Of a stretch of 58,706 bases of DNA, positions 1 through 7,521 are shown piece by piece. A program made the position numbers and the translations under genes. The stretch comes from Actinomycetota bacterium (GTDB taxonomy: Bacteria > Actinomycetota > Humimicrobiia > JAHJRV01), in contig JAHJRV010000035.1 of the NCBI GenBank assembly GCA_018830725.1, positions 1 to 58,706 on the forward strand, read 5' to 3'. Within the stretch, counting starts at the first letter, position 1; the number at the start of each line of letters is the position of its first letter. The notes under the pieces are model-generated. The model searched no databases. It had not been told where the DNA came from and was given only the letters and a program-made list of their open reading frames with translations.

Positions 1-31
1 GTTGGCTTTCCAAGTAACTATCATATATATT

Positions 32-110
32 TGGTCGGGACGGGCGGATTCGAACCGCCGACCTCCAGTACCCCATACTGGCGCGCTAAACCAAACTGCG
101 CCACGTCCCG
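32..110 (-). tRNA. tRNA-Pro (anticodon GGG), CCA encoded
   Basis: The reverse complement folds as a cloverleaf. Acceptor CGGGACG/CGTCCCG, D stem GCGC/GCGC, anticodon stem CCAGT/ACTGG with loop AT-GGG-GT, T arm GGCGG-TTCGAAT-CCGCC, discriminator A plus CCA. Length 79 nt. Confidence 0.9.
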
Positions 111-171
111 ACCTTTTAGTTTAACTTCATATATATAGTAATATTATATATAGTAATATATTATAACATTT

Positions 172-274
172 AAGATCTGTGGCATAGTTTCGAAGACATT
201 TTAAATTCCCCCTCTCCCTTTCCCTCTCCCACCAGGGGAGAGGGAAAATAGTCAAGAAACTATACCCAAATCTT
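172..274. repeat. Nested palindromic intergenic element, copy 1 (long form with inner G/C-tract hairpin)
   Basis: Outer arms AAGATCTGTGGCATAGTTTC (172-191) and GAAACTATACCCAAATCTT (256-274) are imperfect inverted repeats. The core GTTTCGAAGACATTT is shared with copies at 1702-1756 and 42763-42869. Inner 12-bp hairpin: TTTCCCTCTCCC (219-230) / GGGAGAGGGAAA (236-247). Confidence 0.8.
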
Positions 275-284
275 ACAGTGTTTT

Positions 285-1646
285 TTAAGTTTTTGTTCTA
301 AATAATATCCTTATAGGTGTCCCTTCAAAACCAAACTCTTCTCTTATTTTTTTCTGCAAAAATCTTTTTAACCTTTCATGATCAAATCTTCTTACATTTA
401 AGAAAATAATAAATTTTGGTGGTGAAACATCTATCTGAGTTATATATTTTATTTGTGGAACTTTTCCTTCTTTAGAAGGGGCTTCACTTTCCCTATTAAT
501 TTTTAAAGCGAATAAATTTAAGTTTGAAGTACTTATTTTTTTATTTCTTTCCTCAAATATTTTACTTATTGTCTTAAGTAAATTTGTAATTCCCCAACCT
601 TCTTTAGCAGAAATCTGGAGAATTGGAATAGAGGGTAAAAATGGCAGTTTTTTATCAAGTTCGAAATAGATTTGATTTGATCTGTTCTCATCAACTATAT
701 CCCATTTATTTAATGCAATTATAAGTGAACAATTTCTTTTCCAAGCCTCTGTAGCAATCTTCACGTCCTGCTTTGAAAGTGACTCAGTTGGATCAATAAC
801 GAGGACCGATAAATTACTTTGTTCTAAGACTCTATATGTTCTTACAATAGAATATTGCTCTACTTTTTCAGCTTTTTTCCATTTTCTTCTTAATCCCGCT
901 GTGTCTATAAATTTATAAGTATTGTCTTTCCATTTAAAATATGTATCAACTGCATCTCTTGTTGTCCCAGGCTCATGATGAACAATTGCTCTCTTCTCCC
1001 CTATTATTGAATTAAAAAGTGATGATTTTCCAACATTTGGTTTTCCTATAATAGCAATACTATTTTCTATCTCCTCAATTTCAGCCACTTTTATCTCTTT
1101 ATGAATTACTTCTTTTTCCTTCTCCATTTCCATCTTTTTGAGAATCTTTTCTCTTAACATATCTAACAGTTCACCAATTCCTATACCATGTAATGCTGAT
1201 ATTGGATAAGGTTCTCCCATCGATAGTGCATAAAATGGCAGATGAGAAATGTTATCCTCTGGATCATCAACCTTATTTACAACCAAAATTACATCCTTAT
1301 TAGACTTTCTTAGAAAAGATGAAAGTAGTTTGTCTAAGGTAGTAATACCAACATCTGTATCTACTACAAACAGAATAATTGTTGATTCATCAACTGCAAT
1401 TTTAGCTTGTTTAAAAACCTGTTTTGCTATTAAGTCTTTAGATTTAAGATCTAAACCCCCAGTGTCAACAATATCAAAATTAATACCCCCCCATTCAGCT
1501 GAGATGTATTTTCTGTCCCTTGTGCTACCAGGTATTTTGTCAACCACAAGTCGCACACCAGGACATATTCTATTTATGAGTGTAGATTTACCTACATTAG
1601 GTGCACCAATGATAGCTATTATTGGAATTTTTCTTTCTTTTTGCAT
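285..1646 (-). CDS. der: Ribosome-associated GTPase Der/EngA
   Basis: Two tandem GTPase domains with P-loops GAPNVGKST and GKPNVGKSS, DTGG/DTAG and NKxD motifs, and a C-terminal KH-like domain. ATG start. Confidence 0.93.
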   Translation of the reverse strand: MQKERKIPIIAIIGAPNVGKSTLINRICPGVRLVVDKIPGSTRDRKYISAEWGGINFDIVDTGGLDLKSKDLIAKQVFKQAKIAVDESTIILFVVDTDVGITTLDKLLSSFLRKSNKDVILVVNKVDDPEDNISHLPFYALSMGEPYPISALHGIGIGELLDMLREKILKKMEMEKEKEVIHKEIKVAEIEEIENSIAIIGKPNVGKSSLFNSIIGEKRAIVHHEPGTTRDAVDTYFKWKDNTYKFIDTAGLRRKWKKAEKVEQYSIVRTYRVLEQSNLSVLVIDPTESLSKQDVKIATEAWKRNCSLIIALNKWDIVDENRSNQIYFELDKKLPFLPSIPILQISAKEGWGITNLLKTISKIFEERNKKISTSNLNLFALKINRESEAPSKEGKVPQIKYITQIDVSPPKFIIFLNVRRFDHERLKRFLQKKIREEFGFEGTPIRILFRTKT

Positions 1647-1701
1647 TTTTCTAATTTCTTTGATGAATTAATAATACTAACTAAATCTGATTGATATTTT
1701 T

Positions 1702-1756
1702 AGATTTGTGGCATGGTTTCGAAGACATTTCAGTCAAGAAACTATGCCCAAATCTT
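1702..1756. repeat. Nested palindromic intergenic element, copy 2 (short form, no inner module)
   Basis: AGATTTGTGGCATGGTTTC-GAAGACATTTCAGTCAA-GAAACTATGCCCAAATCTT. The arms pair with one G-T position and one bulge. The core is the same as copy 1. Confidence 0.8.
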
Positions 1757-1766
1757 TTGATAATTT

Positions 1767-2609
1767 TTAATGAGAAGTTATTTTCTTTATTTTTTTAATA
1801 GCTTCATCAATTAGCCATTTAGGAGTAGATGCTCCACCAGAGATACCCACTTTTTTAACTCCTTTTAGCCACTTTTTTATTATTTCCTCAGAAGTTTCTA
1901 TATGATAAGTATTTTCATTTATACTTTTACCTATCTCTGCTAATCTCTTGGTATTGGCACTGTTTTTTCCACCAACTACTAACATTAGGTCAACTTTATT
2001 AGCAATATTTCTTGCTGACTTTTGCCTTTCTATTGTTTCATCGCAAATTGTATTAAATATCTTTATTTCTTTATATTTTTCTAATAAATATGAGACAACC
2101 GAAATGAAGTTTTCCATACTTTGTGTTGTTTGAGTAATTACTCCCACTCTTTTTACATCTGGTAGTTTCTTATAATCACTCTTATTTTCAATTACCATAA
2201 ATGGACCATTTGCATTTGCTAAAATTCCCAATATCTCAGGATGTTCTTTTTCACCAATGACCACAAGAAAATAACCCTCTTTTACAAGTTGAGTTGCTCT
2301 CTTTTGATTCTTTTTTACAAAAGGACAAGTAGCATCAATTACCTTAAGGCCCATTTTCCTTGCTCTTTCTAATTTTTTTGGATCAATTCCATGAGCTCTA
2401 ATAATTAGTGTTCCAACATAATCATTTTCCAAATTTTCTATTATTTTTATACCGTTATCTTTGAGTTTTTTTACAACTTGCGGGTTATGAATGATAGGAC
2501 CAAGAGTATAAATATTATTCTTTTCTGATTTTAGAGTCTCATATGTAATATTCATAGCCCTTTCAACCCCATAACAATATCCTATAGGCTTTGCTAAAAT
2601 AATTTCCAA
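1767..2609 (-). CDS. ispH: 4-hydroxy-3-methylbut-2-enyl diphosphate reductase (IspH/LytB)
   Basis: Full-length LytB-like sequence with three conserved Cys contexts (GYCYGVERA, ATCPFV, NTICDET). The start codon is TTG at 2609. Confidence 0.9.
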   Translation of the reverse strand: MEIILAKPIGYCYGVERAMNITYETLKSEKNNIYTLGPIIHNPQVVKKLKDNGIKIIENLENDYVGTLIIRAHGIDPKKLERARKMGLKVIDATCPFVKKNQKRATQLVKEGYFLVVIGEKEHPEILGILANANGPFMVIENKSDYKKLPDVKRVGVITQTTQSMENFISVVSYLLEKYKEIKIFNTICDETIERQKSARNIANKVDLMLVVGGKNSANTKRLAEIGKSINENTYHIETSEEIIKKWLKGVKKVGISGGASTPKWLIDEAIKKIKKITSH

Positions 2610-2612
2610 ATT

Positions 2613-3236
2613 TTATCCCCTCTTATGCTCAATTTCGTTTAACATCGTTTTTAAAATATCCATTGTTTTGTAAGTTACATCTTTCGCTAAATTTTTCATA
2701 GATTTTTTATTATATACTCTTGGAGGCAAAATTAGATCCCCAACAGTTACTCTAATTTTTGAAAAACGTGGTAGATATTTTCCTTTTGGTGCAATTTTAG
2801 ATGGTCCATGTATCGCAACTGGAAGTATTGGTGCACCACTTTTAATAGAAAAAAAGCCAACTCCATAAAACGGTTTTCCTAATGATTCAATATATCTAGT
2901 TCCTTCTGGAAATATTCCCAAAATATTTCCATTTTTTAAGATTTTTAAAGCCATAGATATAGAACTTTTACCAGGTTTTTCTCTATCTACAGGAAATGCT
3001 TTTAAAGTTCTGAAAAAAGAAGCTAAAATTTTATTTTTAAATAGTCCTTTTTTTGCCATAAAATGAATTGACCTTTTGCTCATCGCTCCTAATATAATGC
3101 CATCTAAATAACTGGAATGATTACCTGCAATAATCAAAGCTCCAGTTTCTGGAATCTTTTCAACTCCATTATATTCAATTCTAAACATAATCTTCAGTAA
3201 TAAAAAACCTAAAATTTTTAATATTCTATAAAACAT
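2613..3236 (-). CDS. plsC: 1-acyl-sn-glycerol-3-phosphate acyltransferase
   Basis: HX4D acyltransferase motif (NHSSYLDG) and FPEGTR motif, with an N-terminal hydrophobic segment. Confidence 0.85.
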   Translation of the reverse strand: MFYRILKILGFLLLKIMFRIEYNGVEKIPETGALIIAGNHSSYLDGIILGAMSKRSIHFMAKKGLFKNKILASFFRTLKAFPVDREKPGKSSISMALKILKNGNILGIFPEGTRYIESLGKPFYGVGFFSIKSGAPILPVAIHGPSKIAPKGKYLPRFSKIRVTVGDLILPPRVYNKKSMKNLAKDVTYKTMDILKTMLNEIEHKRG

Positions 3237-3432
3237 ATATCCCCTTTTCTTAATAACTTTAGTAACTTTATTTAAAATGTCACATTTTTAATAATTCTTA
3301 ATAATTTTATCTAAATTAATTATAGATTATAAGAATCTTATTCAAAAGCATTATTAAAAATTAAAAACATTGAATATCATGTAAGAAATAGTTATTTGAA
3401 ATAATGATTTTTTAAGTGGAATCCTATTTGTC

Positions 3433-4728
3433 CTAAGTAGATTTAAATTCTTCTGACCTTTTTCTATAAATATCAATAATTTTTTCTGTTACTTTTTCAA
3501 CAGTTAAATTTGTAGAATCTATATAAATACTATTCTCTGTTTTTATTAATGGTGCTATTTCCCTATTTTTGTCTCTTTCATCTCTTTCTTTAATCTGTTT
3601 TAGTAATTCATTAAACTTTGGAGGTTCTTGACCCATTTCAATGAGTTGTTTCACTCTTCTTTTTGCCCTTTCCTCAGGAGTTGCACCCAAAAATATCTTA
3701 ACAATTGCATCTGGGCAAACAACTGTAGTAGCGTCTCTTCCTTCAACAACAATTTTCCCCTTCTCACATATTTCTCTTTGTTTCTCTGATAAAACCTTCC
3801 TTATTCCTTTATAAATAGCTATCTTTGAAGAAGCATCACTAACTTCATTGGTAAAAATTTTATTTGTAACATCTTCACCATCAATTTTTATAATACTGTT
3901 GCGCTCAGCATCATTTTCGATTTCAATAGGAGAATCTATTGTCAAATCAGTTAAGACTTTTTCGTCATATAAATTTACTTCTCTTTTTAAAGCAAGATAG
4001 GCTAATGCTCTATACATAGCTCCTGTATATAAATAAAAGAATTTAAGTTTACGAGAGAGTTCTTTTGATATAGTACTTTTCCCAGAACCTGCAGGACCAT
4101 CAATTGCAATAACATTAAGATATCTATTCCCATCTTTAGTATTGATAATATTGAGATATCTATTTTCCTCTTTAGAATGAGTCTCATTCTTAATATCTTC
4201 TGAGAACTTTTCAATTGGTGGTAGGTCTTTTAATGAATTGAGTCCAAAACTTTCCAGAAATAAAGGTGTTGTTTTATAAAGGATAGGATGACCAGGACCA
4301 AATCCCTTGCTTGCTTTCTCAATTAATCTTTTACTTAATAGAGTTGAAATAACTGATTCAGATCTCACTCCCCTTATCTCATTTATTGTTATTCGAGAAA
4401 CTGGTTGATTGTAAACAATAATTGCTAAAACCTCTAAGGCTGCTTGAGAAAAGTAACCCCGCATGGTAGACGTAAAAAAATTTTCAATATAATCTCTACA
4501 ATCAGGATGAGTATAAAATCTATATCCACCAGACACTTTCTTTAGTTGAAATCCTCTATCTTCCTTTCTATACTCTTCTTGAAGTTCTTTTATAATTTTT
4601 TCAATTGTATCCGAACTTTTATTCAAAATCTTTTCTATAGCAGCTGTTTTTACAGGTTCATATGCAACAAGTAATATAGCTTCTATAATTCTTTTTAATT
4701 CTCTTTTTTCATTCCTAAATTTAAACAT
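3433..4728 (-). CDS. In-frame fusion: segregation/condensation protein ScpB (N-terminal) and cytidylate kinase Cmk (C-terminal)
   Basis: The first ~175 aa are ScpB-like (winged-helix pair, ELKRIIEAILLV...). The C-terminal ~225 aa are Cmk-like (IAIDGPAGSGKST P-loop, GAMYRA, EGRD). It is a single uninterrupted ORF with no Met at the cmk boundary. Confidence 0.8.
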   Translation of the reverse strand: MFKFRNEKRELKRIIEAILLVAYEPVKTAAIEKILNKSSDTIEKIIKELQEEYRKEDRGFQLKKVSGGYRFYTHPDCRDYIENFFTSTMRGYFSQAALEVLAIIVYNQPVSRITINEIRGVRSESVISTLLSKRLIEKASKGFGPGHPILYKTTPLFLESFGLNSLKDLPPIEKFSEDIKNETHSKEENRYLNIINTKDGNRYLNVIAIDGPAGSGKSTISKELSRKLKFFYLYTGAMYRALAYLALKREVNLYDEKVLTDLTIDSPIEIENDAERNSIIKIDGEDVTNKIFTNEVSDASSKIAIYKGIRKVLSEKQREICEKGKIVVEGRDATTVVCPDAIVKIFLGATPEERAKRRVKQLIEMGQEPPKFNELLKQIKERDERDKNREIAPLIKTENSIYIDSTNLTVEKVTEKIIDIYRKRSEEFKST

Positions 4729-4735
4729 TTTCCTA

Positions 4736-5470
4736 TTATGATAAATAATCTTTTCTAAATATTTCTATTGTTCCAAATGTTTCTCTTTGCAGTAAATCAA
4801 TTTCACCCGATTTATAAAGCTCCAGAATTGCCAAGAATGAGACAATTATCTTTATTTTATCTTTAAAATGTGATGTTATCTCTCTAAATGATGTTTTTGG
4901 CGATTTTTTTAAAACATCCAAAATTCTACTAATTTCCTCTTCAATATTTATTCTAATCTTCCTAATAAATGATGTATTAACTTTTTCGGTTTCTATTTGT
5001 GCAGTACTGAATTCATTCCATGTTCTTACTAAATCATTTATATCTATTTCGCCAATAAATTCTGAAGTTATTGCATCTAATACTTCCTCAAGTTTTACAC
5101 AAGAAGGATAGGTTCTGGACTCATTTTCCCAAATATTTTCTAAAAATTTTGAAATTTTTTTATATTTTCTATATTCTCTAAGCTTCCTTTCAAGCATTTC
5201 TTGAGTATCTTCAAAAGCCTCTTCCTTCTCTTCCTGAGGTAACAACGATAATGATTTTAGTTCAAGCAAAATTGATGCAGTAAGAATAAAATGGCTGGCT
5301 TTTTCTATATCAATATCTTTTATAAATCTTAATGATTGGATATATTTATTAGTGATTTCTGAAATTGATACATAATAAACGTCAACTTCCTGACTATTTA
5401 TCAAATCAAGAAGCAGTTCAGTAGGATCCTCGTATTCTTTTAAAATTACCTGATTTTCAAAGACTATCAT
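4736..5470 (-). CDS. scpA: Segregation and condensation protein A (kleisin)
   Basis: ScpA-like length and N-terminal region (LLDLINSQEVDVYYVSISEITNKY). It lies immediately upstream of scpB in the same orientation. Confidence 0.85.
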   Translation of the reverse strand: MIVFENQVILKEYEDPTELLLDLINSQEVDVYYVSISEITNKYIQSLRFIKDIDIEKASHFILTASILLELKSLSLLPQEEKEEAFEDTQEMLERKLREYRKYKKISKFLENIWENESRTYPSCVKLEEVLDAITSEFIGEIDINDLVRTWNEFSTAQIETEKVNTSFIRKIRINIEEEISRILDVLKKSPKTSFREITSHFKDKIKIIVSFLAILELYKSGEIDLLQRETFGTIEIFRKDYLS

Positions 5471-5531
5471 TTTTAATTTTTATCTTTTTATCAAAAATAG
5501 ATTTTATTATCTTTTTCAACTATTTGTTGAA

Positions 5532-6518
5532 TTAAAAACTAATTAATTTCATTCTATGACGAACTTGATTAATTGTTTCTTTTGTAATTTCTCTTACTGT
5601 ATTTTTACCATTTTCCAAAACAGTATTTAAATAATCAGTGTCATTAAGAAAAGCAGCTCTTTTCTCCCTAAAATCAGACAAATAATTGGATATTTTTACT
5701 GTTAAATTTTCTTTACATTGAGTACAGCCTATTAAAGCATTCTTACATTCTTTCTCAATATCACCAATCTCTTCCTTACTAAAACTTTTATGTAAATAAA
5801 AAACATCACATATTTCAGGATGTCCTTTATCAGTTTTATATACCCTCTCAGGATCAGTTATCATCATTCTAACTTTCTTTCTTATGACATCAGGTTCATC
5901 ACTTAGATAAATAGCATTTCCATAACTCTTGGACATCTTTCTTCCATCTATACCTGGAACTCTACTTGCTTTAGTAATCAATGCTTTTGGCACCTTGAAA
6001 TATTTTCCATATAATTTATTAAATTTTCTTGCTAATTCTCTAGTTATTTCAATATGTGGAAGTTGATCTTCACCCACTGGGACAAAATCGGCGTGAACAA
6101 TTATAATATCAGAAGCCATCAGTATGGGATATCCTAAAAATCCCATCATTTTTATATTCTTATTAGAAAGTTCTTTTAATTGTTCCTTGTATGTTGGATT
6201 TCTCTCCATCCTTGAAATTGGAGTAAGCATTGATAAATATAATGTGAGTTCAGCTATTTCGGGAATATCTGATTGAAGATAAAGAACACTTTTATCAGGG
6301 TTAATACCTAAAGCCAAAAATTCAGCAAGCTGTATCTTCACATTATTCATTATCTCTGATGTATCTTTATAATCTGTTGTTAGTGCATGCAAATTTGCGA
6401 AAAAGAAAAAACATTTATATTTCTCCTGTAAATCCAGCATATTCAACATATTTCCCAATAGATTTCCAAGATGTAACTTACCAGTTGTTCTATATCCTGT
6501 TACTACTATTTTTTTCAT
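5532..6518 (-). CDS. trpS: Tryptophan--tRNA ligase
   Basis: Class I aaRS signatures GKLHLGN (HIGH-type) and KMSKS. TrpRS-like length of 328 aa. Confidence 0.9.
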   Translation of the reverse strand: MKKIVVTGYRTTGKLHLGNLLGNMLNMLDLQEKYKCFFFFANLHALTTDYKDTSEIMNNVKIQLAEFLALGINPDKSVLYLQSDIPEIAELTLYLSMLTPISRMERNPTYKEQLKELSNKNIKMMGFLGYPILMASDIIIVHADFVPVGEDQLPHIEITRELARKFNKLYGKYFKVPKALITKASRVPGIDGRKMSKSYGNAIYLSDEPDVIRKKVRMMITDPERVYKTDKGHPEICDVFYLHKSFSKEEIGDIEKECKNALIGCTQCKENLTVKISNYLSDFREKRAAFLNDTDYLNTVLENGKNTVREITKETINQVRHRMKLISF

Positions 6519-6733
6519 TTTTATCCTCTCAATCTATAAATATATATTTAATATTTATATTTTATTATAAATTTTTAAAACTATTAATTCTAACCAGTTC
6601 TGATATATGTAAAAAAAATATTTTAAACTTCAATATTATAATTTTAGTATTTTAACACGAAAATTAATAATAATTATCTTATATTTGTATTTTTTATTTC
6701 ATGAAATTTTAGCAGGAAAATTATAAATTGTTT

Positions 6734-7423
6734 TTATAAGAATATGCGCCACCAGAGACAGATCTCTGTAAAAACCCGCTGCAGTGGATCTATAATTTTC
6801 CAGAGAAGCGAACCAGCAAAGTATATAAAAAGAAAAATTATATATATTCCATACTGTTCTAGTGCTAAAAACTTTTGCATATTTTGATAAGACATGAATG
6901 ATGCCAACACCTTTGAACCATCCAGAGGTGGTATTGGAAGTAAGTTAAAAAAAGCTAAAAATATGTTTATATTTATAGCATAATTAATAATATTATTTAT
7001 TCCAATAAATATTGAATTATACATCAAAGTAGGCATATAAGTTTTCGAAATGAATACTAAAATACCTAATAAATTTCCTGCAAGAAAAGCTATAATTAAA
7101 TTTGATATTGGACCTGCTAATGAAACATATCTTATACCCCTTTTATAGTCCTTGAAGTTATTTGGATTTATGGGAACAGGTTTTGCCATTCCAAAAATGA
7201 CATTTGAATTTAAAGCTATTAGCATAAGAGGTATAAGAAGTGAATAGATAGGGTCAAGATGAACCATCGGATCAAAGCTAAGTCTACCAGCTAATTTCGG
7301 AGTGGGATCACCAAATTTATATGCAATATATCCATGAGCTAACTCATGAACTATTACTCCAAGTAATAGACCTGGGGCAATTAATAGAATTTTTAATAAT
7401 ATATTTACTAACATTGAATTCAT
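6734..7423 (-). CDS. Site-2 protease family (peptidase M50) membrane metalloprotease
   Basis: HELAHG zinc motif inside a TM helix, multiple hydrophobic helices, and an LPIPPLDGS motif. Confidence 0.8.
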   Translation of the reverse strand: MNSMLVNILLKILLIAPGLLLGVIVHELAHGYIAYKFGDPTPKLAGRLSFDPMVHLDPIYSLLIPLMLIALNSNVIFGMAKPVPINPNNFKDYKRGIRYVSLAGPISNLIIAFLAGNLLGILVFISKTYMPTLMYNSIFIGINNIINYAININIFLAFFNLLPIPPLDGSKVLASFMSYQNMQKFLALEQYGIYIIFLFIYFAGSLLWKIIDPLQRVFTEICLWWRIFL

Positions 7424-7445
7424 ACTCCATAATTTATTTTTTAAT

Positions 7446-7507
7446 GAGATTGCTTTGTCGCTTACGCTCCTCGCAATGACAACTTGAATCTAGCTCCTCG
7501 CAATGCC
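7446..7507. repeat. GC-rich intergenic repeat (GAGATTGC...GCTCCTCGCAATGAC family), copy 1
   Basis: GAGATTGCTTTGTCGCTTACGCTCCTCGCAATGAC is followed by a second partial unit, GCTCCTCGCAATGCC. It shares both end motifs with 18159-18213 and stands out as G+C-rich in AT-rich spacer. Confidence 0.7.
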
Positions 7508-7521
7508 AAAATTATAAAATT

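Noticed and set aside
131-160. Tandem 15-mer ATATATAGTAATATT x2 upstream of tRNA-Pro.
   Set aside because: This is low-complexity AT repeat in a promoter-like region. Two units only, so it is not distinguishable from chance or slippage.
1249-1671. 140-aa plus-strand ORF antisense to der. The same applies to the other 60-113-aa track ORFs lying antisense to or overlapping well-supported genes: 1948-2133, 4002-4214, 6359-6655, 7706-7942, 8591-8804, 13712-13903, 14325-14555, 15850-16038, 19667-19879, 26719-26913, 30485-30688, 32071-33216, 37150-37584, 38080-39297, 40261-40461, 42250-42489, 43492-43749, 44054-45892, 48221-48529, 51384-51725, 53253-53471, 55170-55445 and 56473-56658.
   Set aside because: Each is fully embedded in or overlaps a gene with clear family motifs. 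The translations are low-complexity (Ser/Phe/Ile/Leu-rich), as expected for shadow frames of AT-rich genes, and none has a convincing RBS.
6519-6733. Looked for a T-box leader upstream of trpS.
   Set aside because: The 215-bp spacer is almost pure A/T. It has no GGUGGUACCGCG-type T-box sequence and no specifier-loop or terminator architecture.
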